DNA from: Mobula hypostoma
Lineage: Eukaryota
Direction: 5' to 3'
Assembly: GCF_963921235.1 (NCBI RefSeq)
Contig: NC_086108.1
Location: 103,046,001 to 103,110,000 of the forward strand
DNA length: 64,000 nt
Shown: positions 52,460-64,000 of the stretch, one piece after another
Layout: every line of letters begins with the position of its first letter
How positions within the stretch are numbered: the first letter of the stretch is position 1
The notes under the pieces: generated by a model
What the model saw: only the letters and a program-made list of their open reading frames with translations
Told to the model about the DNA's origin: nothing
Databases searched by the model: none
Program-made: the position numbers and the translations under genes

Positions 52460-55400
52460 TACGTGTGCGTGCACCGAATAATTGTTTTTACTTGACTGGA
52501 AGTAAATGCAACAACAAAGCAAAATGCTGGGAAATCGAAAAGAAACATAAAATGCTCAGCCAGTCAGGCAGCAAATGTGGGGAGAGGGAGGTGAAACATG
52601 TTCAATGCTGGGTCATTTGCCCTCTCAGCTGAGCATTTACACATCTTCTAAACTAGATTGGAAAAGACATCAGCTGTTGCTCAGTAACACTATCCACAAG
52701 TCAGAAGGTTCAAGGAGATCTGAACACAACCTTCAGACAGCTGTTCAGTAGAGCAACAAGGTAATGTTGAAATCAAGAATTTTTTTTATGTTGAAACACT
52801 ATATCTAGTTCTCATGGGTTCACATAACAGATGTAAAAGATCCATTGCATTATATCAAACAATCTCTACTTTTAAGTTCTGCCAGTTTCTCTGTCTATCA
52901 CATTTGATGCCTTTTCCCACGGATGCCTCTGAAATGTCTTCCTTGTTCCTCAACCACAGTTCTCTCTCTGATCTCATGGACAGAGCCTCCGACTGCATCT
53001 TATCTGTTTTCCACATGTCTTCTCTTACCCTCTCTCCTCCTGGGCTGAGTAAGAAAAGGACTCCTCTAGTCCTCATCTTCCAATCCACCGGAGGACATTC
53101 CGATCCTCCTTTACATTCCTTTCAGGTTCCAGCACTTGACACAAACTCCATTCCCCTTTCAGTATTTTGAAGGGATAGCTGTCTTCTCAACTTCCTTCTC
53201 TGCCTGTCTGTCCCCTCCATCCGCTCCCCATCTTGTGGCACTTTCCCACGCAACCGCAGGAGATGCAAACGCCAGCCCTCTTTCTTCTTCCTTTTGCAAC
53301 ATTCACTGCACTGCACAAGGTGTTCACAACACGAGCTCTTCCATGTTGGGAGAAATCATGGCAGGTTGAGTGATTACTTTACGGAACACCTGAGTTCAGT
53401 TACAGGAGGGACCCGGTTTGGTTGCCCGTCATTTTAGACCACCATCCTTTCAGACTCTTCTGTTCGTGGCTTCGGAATCAGAATTAGAATCCGATTTATT
53501 ATCACTGATATGTCATGAAATTTGTTAGTTTGCAGTAACAGTACAGAGCAATAAATAAAATATACTATAAATTACAATAGGAAATACGTATATAAAATAT
53601 AAAGTAGTGTGAAAAGACAGCAAAAATCGTGAGGTAGTGTTCATGGGTTCATTGTCCATTTAGCAGTCAGAAATTCTAACGGTTTCCTCCATTGTTACAC
53701 ATCCCAAATGCAACACCTTCTCTTTCATCAGGGCATCTTTTCAGACTCAATACTGAATTCTACAACTTGAGGTAACTCATTTCCAAAGACACCATTTCTG
53801 CCAGTCATCCATTTGTGATTTCTCTCTATACTGTTATAACCAGGATTGCCAGGCACTTCTCACAGCCTGTCCTTTTTCCCAGGGTTGAAATGTCAACACT
53901 AGTCGGGAAATATTCATGATGAGAGGGAGAAGGTTTACAGGAGATTTATGAGGCAGGTTTTGCTCTTTTTACACTGAGTGGTAGGTGCCAGGAAAGTACT
54001 GCCAGGGGAAGCACTAGAAGCAGATACAATATTAACATTTAAGAGGTGTTTTGACAGGGACATGAAGAAGTAGGGAATGACGGGATGGAGACCATGTGGT
54101 TCACGATGGGATTAGTTTGTATTGACACCCTCAGGCCAATGGCACAGCCATCATGGGACAAATGGCTTGATCCTGTGCTGTACTGTTGCATCAACATCAC
54201 TGAAACAAACAAAAGCAGTCCTGATGAAGGGTCTCTCTCCACAGATGACGCAAGCCCTGCTGAGTTCCTCTACTATTTTATGTGTGCTACACTGAAACAG
54301 TATTGCAAACTTCTGCAAATAACAATGTGATGAGCAAACTGGCAGCCACATTTACTGCATTACAAGAGTGTTAAAGGCAACTAACACAATCAGCTTGGGG
54401 AAATGTTCTGAAACAGAGCAAACAAAAACTCTACATAAATGGTTTTATTTAATTCTTCATAGAATTACAGAGTCATAGACTGCAGGAATGGGTCTTTTAG
54501 CCCGAGTCCACGCCAACCATTTACACTAATCTTACATTCCTTATACTCCGCTCCCTCTCATCGGCTTCTCCCTGATACCATCCTCACCTACAAACTTGGG
54601 AGAATTGACAGTAAGGAGGGTACGTTGTTTTAAAGGCTCAGCCTTTAAACGCATGTACCAGAAGTCCAAGAATTAAAGCAATGGAACCTGTTAATTTTCC
54701 TGAACCTTCTGCAGTCTGGAAGTTGAGAGCCAATGGCCAAAGCCCTGTGTCTCCGACGTCTGCAAGTCTGTTGGAGACCCAGAGGTCTTGGGGTTGGAGG
54801 ACTGTCTGTGTGTGAATGGCTGGGTGGGAGGGAGGGGAGGTGTTGCTGTTGTTGCTCATGTTGTCCTGCTGAACATTGTGTGCATGTGGCGACACTCTTG
54901 GGCTGCATATCCTCAGGCTGTGTTCGTTGTTAATGCAAATGGCGATTTCACTGTATGTTTCGATGTCCATGAATGAATTTGGATCTGAAGAATTTACATT
55001 TGGCATTTATCCCACCAACCCGCACAGTATTGGGACGTGGAAAGGAATTGGAGCACCCGGAGGAAGCCCACATTGTCACTGAGAGAACTTAAACACCAAC
55101 AGCATAGAATGTGCAGCAAATTCTGAAGAAATATACACAGTGGCCACTTTATTAGGTACACCTGCACAACTGCTTGTTAATGCGAATATCTAATCAGCCA
55201 ATCATGAAGTAGCAGCTCAGCGCATAAAAGCAGACAGACACGGTCAAGAGGTTCAGTTGTTTTGTTCAGACCCAAACGTCAGAATGAGGAAGAAATGTGA
55301 TTTAAGTGAACCATTGTTCCAGTTGGGTTGGTTTGCGTACCTAACAAACTGCTGATCTCCTGGGATTTTCACGCACAGCAGTTTCCTAAGTTTACAGAGA

Positions 55401-55579
55401 ATGGTACGAGAAACAAAAAGCATCCAGTGAGTGGCAGTTCTGTGAGCGAGAAAGGTTCGATAATGAGAAAGGGTCAGAGGAGAATGGCCAGGCTAGTTCA
55501 AGCAACAGTAATTTAAATAACATACATAAAAGTTGCTGGTGAACGCAGCAGGCCAAGCAGCATCTATAGGAAGAGGCGC

Positions 55580-55615
55580 AGTCGACGTTTCAGGCCGAGA
55601 CCCTTCGTCAGGACT
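55580..55615 (-). ncRNA. Minimal hammerhead ribozyme in the inverted pLTR
   Basis: Reverse complement is agtcctgacgaagggtctcggcctgaaacgtcgact. Confidence 0.8.
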
Positions 55616-55753
55616 AACTGAAGGAAGAGTGAGTAAGGGATTTGAAAGCTGGAGGGGGAGGGGGAGATGCAAAATGATAGGAGAAGACAGGAGGGGGAGG
55701 GATAGAGCCGAGAGCTGGACAGGTGATAGGCAAAAGGGGATACGAGGGGGTTT

Positions 55754-56878
55754 GTGGAACAATCTATGTTCCGTGCCTATTCTGGTATCTGTCCCCCACT
55801 TTTCCTTCGCTACATCGACGACTGCATTGGCGCTGCTTCCTGCACGCATGCAGAACTCGTTGACTTTATTAACTTTGCCTCCAACTTTCACCCTGCCCTC
55901 AAGTTTACCTGGTCCATTTCCGACACCTCCCTCCCCTTTCTAGATCTTTCTGTCTCTGTCTCTGGAGACAGCTTATCCACTGATGTCTACTATAAGCCTA
56001 CTGACTCTCACAGCTATCTGGACTATTCCTCTTCTCACCCTGTCTCTTGCAAAAACGCCATCTCCTTCTCGCAATTCCTTCGTCTCCGCCGCATCTGCTC
56101 TCAGGATGAGGCTTTTCATTCTAAGACGAGGGATATGTCTTCATTTTCTAAAGAAAGGGGCTTCCCTTCCTCCACTATCAACTCTGCTCTTAAACGCATC
56201 TCCCCCATTTCACGTACATCTGCTCTCACTCCATCCTCCCACCACCCCACTAGGAATAGGGTTCCCCTGGTCCTCACCTACCACCCCACCAGCCTCCGGG
56301 TCCAACATATTATTCTCCGTAACTTCCGCCACCTCCAACGGGATCCCACCACTAAGCACATCTTTCCCTCCCCGCCTCTCTCTGCATTCCGCAGGGATCG
56401 CTCCCTACATAACTCCCTTGTCCATTCGTCCCCCCCATCCCTCCCCACTGATCTCCCTCCTGGCACTTATCCGTGTAAGCGGAACAAGTGCTACACATGC
56501 CCTTACACTTCCTCCCTTACCACCATTCAGGGCCCCAAACAGTCCTTCCAGGTGAGGCATCACTTCACCTGTGAGTCGACTGGGGTGATATACTGCGTCC
56601 GGTGCTCCCGATGTGGCCTTTTATATATTGGTGAGACCCGACGCAGACTGGGAGACCGCTTTGCTGAACATCTACGCTCTGTCCGCCAGAGAAAGCAGGA
56701 TCTCCCAGTGGCCACACATTTTAATTCCACATCCCATTCCCATTCTGACATGTCTATCCACGGCCTCCTCTACTGTAAAGATGAAGCCACACTCAGGTTG
56801 GAGGAACAACACCTTATATTCCGTCTGGGTAGCCTCCAACCTGATGGCATGAACATCGACTTCTCTAACTTCCACTAA
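55754..56878 (+). CDS. Penelope-like RT C-terminus plus GIY-YIG endonuclease (5'-truncated)
   Basis: RYIDD, FLDL, CKRNKCYTC, VIY..LYIGET, GMNIDFSNFH*; uninterrupted 374 codons. Confidence 0.88.
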   Translation: MEQSMFRAYSGICPPLFLRYIDDCIGAASCTHAELVDFINFASNFHPALKFTWSISDTSLPFLDLSVSVSGDSLSTDVYYKPTDSHSYLDYSSSHPVSCKNAISFSQFLRLRRICSQDEAFHSKTRDMSSFSKERGFPSSTINSALKRISPISRTSALTPSSHHPTRNRVPLVLTYHPTSLRVQHIILRNFRHLQRDPTTKHIFPSPPLSAFRRDRSLHNSLVHSSPPSLPTDLPPGTYPCKRNKCYTCPYTSSLTTIQGPKQSFQVRHHFTCESTGVIYCVRCSRCGLLYIGETRRRLGDRFAEHLRSVRQRKQDLPVATHFNSTSHSHSDMSIHGLLYCKDEATLRLEEQHLIFRLGSLQPDGMNIDFSNFH

Positions 56879-57172
56879 GGCCCCACCTCCCCCTCGTACC
56901 CCATCTGTTACTCATTTTTATGCACACATTCTTTCTCTCACTCTCCTTTTTCTCCCTCTGTCCCTCTGAATATACCTCTTGCCCATCCTCTGGGTCACCC
57001 CCCCCCTTGTCTTTCTTCCCGGACCTCCTGTCCCATGATCCTCTCGTATCCCCTTTTGCCTATCACCTGTCCAGCTCTCGGCTCTATCCCTCCCCCTCCT
57101 GTCTTCTCCTATCATTTTGCATCTTCCCCCCCCCTCCAGCTTTCAAATCCCTTACTCACTCTTCCTTCAGTT

Positions 57173-57208
57173 AGTCCTGACGAAGGGTCTCGGCCTGAAA
57201 CGTCGACT
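57173..57208 (+). ncRNA. Minimal hammerhead ribozyme in the 3' pLTR
   Basis: agtc-CTGACGA-agg gtctcgg cct-GAAA-cg-TC-gact. Confidence 0.8.
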
Positions 57209-57792
57209 GCGCCTCTTCCTCTAGATGCTGCTTGGCCTGCTGCGTTCACCAGCAACTTTTACGTATGTTGCTTGAACTTTCAGCATCTGCAGAATTCCTG
57301 TTGTTTGTAATTTAAGTAACCATGGGTTACAACAGAGGTATGTGGAAGAGCATCTCTGAATGCACAACGTACCAAACCTTGAAGGGGATGGGTTTCAGCA
57401 GCAGAATACCATGAACATACACTCAGTGGCCACTTCAGGAGGTACTTAACCAGAATCAGAATCAGGTCTAATAACACCGGCATATGTGGATGGTGCTCCG
57501 AGAGGCTGTCTCGAAGGGCTGGTTGGAGGCTCGAAGTTTTTGGACGGACTCAGAGTCCGCTGCGGTCGTGTGTTTCCAATGGTGCTGCATCGGCAAGTTT
57601 GCAGCGCTTGGAGGTTCATGGCAGGGAGAGTTTCTCCCTTCTACCGCCTGCGTGAGATGATGAGGCTATCCGGACTTTGAGACTTTTTTTTACCGTGCCC
57701 ATGGTCTGCTCTTTATCAAATTACGGTATTGTTTTCCACTATTGTAACTATATGTTATAATTATGTGGTTTTGTCAGTTTTAGTCTTGGTTT

Positions 57793-58642
57793 TGTGACAA
57801 GAATACACATAGATTAAAATGTAGCTGTCCTGTGCTGGCACCAGTGGGATCAGCAGTTGGTCTGCCACCTGTCTTCAGGAGAGAGAGATAAGGAAAACAA
57901 TGGAGCAGCATTTGGAGATGTTAATGAAGGGAAAGGAGAGCTGTCAAGATCGGCTCCCCCTTTGAACCCCGAACTGTTTGAAGTGATGGACAGGCGATAC
58001 CCCAGCAGGGGGATAAAAAGGGACAGGTTCGCTAAGGCAGCACACACACGACACCCGAGGTAACAAGACCCTGGAAGCGGTGCGTCTCTCACAAGTCGGT
58101 GGGAAGTACCAGGCCATAGATGCACAGGGTGGAAAGGCACGATTGGCGGGAACCTGGTGTGTGTCCACCCTTGCCTGGGTGCCAGGTTCACCGCAGGGAA
58201 ACGATCGTATCTGGAAACGGAGGGGGTCACGGTCGGTGACCTCAGATGACATCACAAAGGACTCGCCCGAAAGCTGACTGCGAAGGTCTGTGTGGAAGCT
58301 TTGAATATTCATTCGTTTTGCTCTCTCTCTCCTCCCCCACCACTGTCCATCGCCACGGCAGTGATTACTGCGAACTGAACTGAACTAAATTGAACTGAAC
58401 TTTGCGTCACTTTGAAACTGGTTATTTACCCCTAGACAACGATAGAGCTTGATTGATCCTGTTATCTTAATTCTGTGTACATGTATGTTTAGCATTGCTG
58501 AACTGTTGCATTCATTATCCTTTTGATTAGAGTACTGTGTTGCTTGTTTCTTTAATAAAACTTTCTTAGTTCTAGTAATCCAGACTCCAACTGAGTGATC
58601 CATTTCTGCTGGTTTGGCAACCCAGTTACGGGGTACGTAACA
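57793..58642 (+). mobile_element. Solo LTR, 850 bp, 4-bp TSD GTTT
   Basis: TGTGAC...GTAACA termini; TATA-like ggataaaaag near 58010; AATAAA at 58554; nested in a LINE 3'-UTR-like element (about 57485-58760). Confidence 0.85.
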
Positions 58643-60104
58643 GTTTGTCCTGTGTTTTCTTGTGATATCATTCTGGAGGAACATTGTATCATTTTTTAAT
58701 GCATGCATTTCTAAATGACAATAAACGAGGACTGAGTGTCCTCATAATCTAATCTAATATGTTATGAAATTTGTGGCAGCAGTACAATGCAATACATAAT
58801 AATAGCGAAAAAAAAGAACGTGAATTACAATTTTTCAGAACTTGCTGCACATTCTCAGCAACCAAACAAACTTCAGCGAGCTTAAGAGGATTTCCCCGAA
58901 TACTGGCCCCTCAAACTGCATCGCCCTTCAATTTCCCCTCACCATTTCCCACTCTGCGTTTGCAAGAACACAAAAGTGTCTGATTTGTTTGCTCAGCAGG
59001 TCTAGGTCTTATTGCTTCCAAGAAATAAATCAAAAATGACTCAAACAGCAGGAATCCGGCCCAGTTTTCCCATCAATTGTGTTCGGATTTGTCAACGAAT
59101 GAAAGCAACATAATTATACAAAAGAACCTGCATACAGAAGCTCAGCTGCCTGGAGTAGATTTTTCTTTAATTCTCGGCACGTTTCTTTTTAACTATCACT
59201 AGTTGTTTAGCTGCCTACAACTGACTGCCACTTCAAAGGGCATTTAGAATTGACCCTATTGGCAAGGGACTGGCCTCACAAAGGCTAAACAAAGCAGGAA
59301 CAGCAGATTTCCTTCCCTGAAGGGCTCATGAACCAATTTACACAATCCAATAGCTCCACAGCCACATACACACTTCAACGCAGTTCAAAGCTATAGTAGG
59401 CAATTAAGAAAACAGGACAGTTCCTGCGTGGGTCAGCTCCCCCCCCCCCATAATCCAGGACATCTACAAGAGGTTATGTTAGAGGAAGGCAACTTCCTTC
59501 ACCAGCTAGGCCATGCTCTCTTGCAACTGCTATCGGGAAGGAAGTACAAGAGTCTTAAGTCCCACACCACCAGGTTAAGGAACAACTATTACCATACAGC
59601 CATCGGCTCCTGAACCATTGTGGATAACTTCACTCACCAGATCTCCGAACTGATTCCACAATTTACAGACTCACTTTCATGGACACTACAACTCATGTTC
59701 TCAGCATTATTTATTTTATTATTGCATAATTTGACTTCTTTTGCACTTTGGTCATTTTCAGTTTTTATGTACAGTTTTCATAAGTTCTATTGTATTTCTT
59801 TGTTTTCTGTAAATGTTTGCAAGAAACTGAAACTCAGTATAGTATATGGTAATATATACTGCACATAAATATTACTTTGACATTGATTATCAGGAATCTC
59901 CACCATCTGGGCCACAATCTGTTCCCAATGCTGCCATCAGGAAGGAAGTACAGGGGCCTGAAGACCAACACCTCAAAGTTAAAAAAAACAGATTTTTCCC
60001 ATCAGATTCTTGGACCAAACTAAAAAGCCTCAAAGCTTTTGATTAGCTTTGCTTGTCACATTTTTTCTTTGAAACATACAGTGAAATGCATTGTTTTGCA
60101 TCAA

Positions 60105-60975
60105 CGACCAAGGATTGCAGAGGGATCTGGTTCAGCTGGGAAAATGGGCTGAAAAATGGCAGATGGAATTTAATGCAGACAAGTGTGAGATGTTGCACTT
60201 TGGGAGGACTAACCAGCATAGGTCTTACACAGTGAATAGTACAGCAATGAGGAGTGTGGTAGAACAAACAGATCTGGGAATACAGGTCCATAACTTGTTG
60301 AAAGTGGTGTCATAGGTAGATAAGGTCGTAAAGAAAGCTTTTGGCACATTGACCTTTATAAACCAAAGAACTGAGTACAGGAGATAGGATGTTATGTTGA
60401 AGTTGTATAAGACCTTGATGAGGCTTAATTTGGAGCTTAGTGTAAGGTTTTGGTCACCTACCAACAGGAAAGATGTAAATAAGGTTGAAAGAGTACAGAA
60501 AAAAATTACAGGAATGTTGCCAGGTCTGGAGGACTTGAGTTATAAGGAAAGATTGAAAAGGTTAGGACTTTATTCTTTAGAATGCAGAAGATTGAAAGGA
60601 GAGTTGATAGAGGTATACAAAATTATGAGGGGTATAGTTAGGGTAAATGCAAGCAGGCTTTTTCTATTTAGGTTGGGTGGGACGACAACTAGAGGTCATG
60701 GGTTAAGGATGAAATGTGCAAAGTTTAAGGGGAACATGAGGAGAAACTTCTTCACCCAGAGGGCGTGAGAGTGTGGAACGAACTATCCGCACAAGTGGAG
60801 CATGTGAGCTCGATTTCAGTGTTTAAGCAAAGTTTGGATAGATACATGGATAGTAGGGGTATGGAGGGCTATGGTCCCAGTGCAGATCAATGTGAGTAGG
60901 CAGATTAAGTGGTTTCAGCACAGTCTTGATGGGCCGACGGACTTGCTTCTGTGTTGTACTTTTCTATGACTCTGT
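60105..60975 (+). mobile_element. Decayed CR1 3' part
   Basis: KWAEKWQMEFNADKC, TRGHGL, FFTQR. Confidence 0.85.
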
Positions 60976-62529
60976 AACTGAACTGGGGGCATTCTGCAAG
61001 TGTCGCCACGCTTCCAGCACCACATCACACTAACCTTCATCCTAATCGTTCACCTTCAGAATGTGGGAGGAAACTGGAGCATCTGGAGCAAGCCTACACG
61101 GACACAGTGAGATTGTACAAATTCCTTAGAGACAGTGGCAGGAATCAAACCTCAATCGGTAATCGCTGGCACGGTAAAGTGATTGTGATGACTGCTACAT
61201 TACCATGCTGCTCACTACCTCCAACTACATTTCCTTTTCTTTCTCTCTCTGTCTCGCAATTACACTATTGTCATTATATTTTTTTTATTTTTGCACACGT
61301 AGAATTAATATTATTTGAAGTTAATGTTAACATGTTTGCCCTCGTTTTGTAATGTACTACAGTACACCATTGCTACAAAAAGCAGATTTTTATCACACCT
61401 ATACCCTGTGCATGTATGACTACAACACTTCTCCGAAGATCATCATCCTGTCACGGTGGTGAGGCTTGTGAATTCCTGAGAGCAATGCCGTCTGGAATTT
61501 AGCTCCTGGAAGGGTCATCCATGGTGGTAAGGTCAAGGGGGACAAACAGCGATCTGTCAGGACCTCATCGGTGAAGCTGACAGAAGATGATGACACATCA
61601 CAGCAGCAAGGTGGAGGAAAGCTGAAGAAATGAAGGGTGCCTAGTCGTCCTGTGTGCCACATACTGGACCATCACCCTGATCTGTCAAGGACCACGTGGA
61701 GGCTGCATCAGCCTCCCCATGTTAAACAAAGTCACGCATTCTCCATTAAAGGAACAACCCACTGGGGAACATCATACTCGACTGATGTGATCGCACTACT
61801 ACTATGACTGTGACAATGAACTTGACCTTAACACAAATTTGAAAGAGCATTTGAGTGCTAGAATAGACTCCTTGATCCCACCGCTTACAGTAAGGAGTTT
61901 GCATGTTCTTCCCATGACTGCGTGGGTTTCCTCCCACATACAAAGACGTACTGGTTGGTAGTTAATTGGTCATTGTAAGTTGTCCCATGATTAGGCTAGG
62001 ATTAAAATCGGAGGATTGCTGGGCGGTGCCACTCAAAGGGCCAGAAGGACCTATTCCGTGCTGTATCTCAATGAAAAAAAAATCCTATTATACGTGGCTC
62101 GAGTGAGGAAAGATGTACAGGTGTTTGCCAAAGAGGGAGTGTGGTAAAGGCTCAACATCATATGGATTATTGAATTTATAGGGCCATCAAACAAAGAGAG
62201 CCGAGAAGAACGAGCGATACAAGAGACAATAGAATCAGAATCTGACATGAAATCTGCTGTTTGCCGTGGCTGGAATCTGGAGCAATAAATGATGCTCTGG
62301 AGGAACTCAGCACCTGACAGGACCCTGATGCAGGGTATCATTTCAAAATATTAACAATCCCTTTCTCCAACACAGCTATTGTTTGAACCATTAAAGATTT
62401 AAAGATTAAAAAGATTAGCTTTATTTGTCACATGTACATCAAAACATTGAAACGTAGAGTGACATGTGGTCTTTGCGTCAATTACCAACACAGTCCAAGG
62501 ATGTGCAGGGAGTAGCCCTTAAGTGTCAC

Positions 62530-63568
62530 ACATCAAAGCTGCTGGTGAACGCAGCAGGCCAGGCAGCATCTCTAGGAAGGGGTACAGTCCATGTTTCAGG
62601 CCAAGACCCTTCGTCAGGACTAACTGAAAGAAGAGCTAGTAAGAGATTTGAAAGTGGGAGGGGGAGGGGGAGATCCAAAATGATAGGAGAAGACAGGAGG
62701 GGGAGGGATGGAGCCAAGAGCTGGACAGGTGATTGGCAAAAGGGATATGAGAGGATCATGGGACGGGAGGCCCAGGGAGAAGGAAAAGGGGAAGGGGGGA
62801 AGCCCAGAGGATGGGCAAGGGGTATAGTCGGAGACACAGAGGGAGAAAAAGGAGAGTGAAAGAAAGAATGTGTGTATATAAATAAATAACGGATGGGGTA
62901 CGAGGGGGAGGTGGGGCATTAGCAGAAGCTAGTGAAGTCAATGTTCATGCCATCAGGTTGGAGGCTACCCAGACGGAATATAAGGTGTTGTTCCTCCAAC
63001 CACTGGGTCACACATTTTAATTCCACATCCCATTCCCATTCTGATATGTCTATCCATGGCCTCCTCTACTGTAAAGATGAAGCCACACTCAGGTTGGAGG
63101 AACAACGCCTTATATTCCGTCTGGGTTGCCTCCAACCTGATGGTATGAACATCGACTTCTCTAACTTCCGCTAATGCCCCACCTCCCCCTCGTACCCCAT
63201 TCGTTATTTATTTATATACACACATTCTTTCTCTCACTCTCCTTTTTCTCCCTCTATCCCTCTGACTATACCCCTTGCCCACCCTCTGGGTTCCCCTCTC
63301 CTCCCCCTTTTCCTTCTCCCTGGGCCTCCTGTCCCATGATCCTCTCGTATCCCTTTTGCCAATCACCTGTCCAGCTCTTGGCTCCATCCCTCCCCCTCCC
63401 ACTTTCAAATCTCTTACTAGCTTTTCCTTCAGTTAGCCCTGACGAAGGGTCTCGGCCTGAAACGTCAACTGCACCTCTTCCTAGAGATGCTGCCTGGCCT
63501 GCTGCGTTCACCAGCAACTTTGATGTGTGTCGCTGAATTTCCAGCATCTGCAGAATTCCTCGTGTGTG
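62530..63568 (+). mobile_element. Large fold-back PLE 3' insert, 16-bp TSD AGCCCTTAAGTGTCAC
   Basis: Inverted arm 62530-63001, sense arm 63009-63568; TSD 62514-62529 / 63569-63584; hammerheads at 62586-62621 (-, mutated) and 63435-63470 (+). Confidence 0.9.
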
Positions 63569-64000
63569 AGCCCTTAAGTGTCACCACGCTTCCAGAGCCA
63601 ACATAGCTTGCCCACAAACTTACAAGCCTTGACCCTTACATCTTTTGGGAAGTGAGAGAAAACCGAAGCACCCAGAGACCACAGGAGGAACAAATAAACT
63701 CCTTACAGACAGCAGTGGGAACTGAGCCCGATCGTAATCACTGGCATTGTAAAGCACTGCGCTAACCACTACACTATTATGCCGCCCTATTGTGCTACTG
63801 TGCCATTACATTCCTCAGATTCAGATTCCTTTATTTATCACATGTCCATCAATTTACTTATTTATGTCCTATTACGCCACCAGCATTTAGGGCAGCAATG
63901 AGGGCACCCCATCTCTGTCTGTCAGTGTTAAGGGTTTCCTCTTTGTTTTCACTACTGTCAGCCATGCAAGTCCCAGGTGGAGACTCAGGAATACCATCAC

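Larger units (their letters stand above)
55522..57306 (+). mobile_element. Penelope-like element with inverted 5' pseudo-LTR (55522-55746); TSD gtaatttaa(a/g)taac
   Basis: Body is nearly identical to 3228-4746; the 5' arm is the reverse complement of about 57042-57267; TSD 55508-55521 / 57307-57320. Confidence 0.92.
55133..57450 (+). mobile_element. Tc1 derivative interrupted by a PLE
   Basis: cagtggccactttattaggtaca start; GQRRMARLVQA remnant; resumes after 57306. Confidence 0.72.

Noticed and set aside
52730..52760. Possible PIGK penultimate exon (EQL-like codons on the minus strand)
   Set aside because: It reads STEQLSE with no LPVAQIIHQ-like match and no donor site.
3069..57306. Segmental duplication explaining the two PLE copies
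   Set aside because: Flanks, truncation points and TSDs differ.

Overview
Eukaryotic, repeat-dense vertebrate genomic DNA. The repeat set (CR1 LINEs with (CATAGAA)n/(CCATAAGA)n tails, HE1/V-SINE-like SINEs, Penelope-like elements) suggests a cartilaginous fish, probably a ray; this is inference. Only two host coding exons were found: the last exon of ST6GALNAC5 (+, 13332-13569) and the last exon of PIGK (-, 43825-43941, absent from the ORF track), in the tail-to-tail order known from other vertebrates. Most of the remainder is nested transposon material: CR1, Rex1/Babar, L1, Penelope-like RT/GIY-YIG elements (PLEs), three solo LTRs, and Harbinger, hAT and Tc1 derivatives. The most notable signal is a PLE family carrying a minimal type-I hammerhead ribozyme (CUGACGA-stem II-GAAACGUC). 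It occurs as long coding copies and as 190-1040 bp non-coding fold-back inserts with 13-16 bp target-site duplications (TSDs). Intact-core copies lie in sense orientation in the presumed last intron of both genes. All coordinates were counted by eye; degenerate repeat boundaries are approximate.
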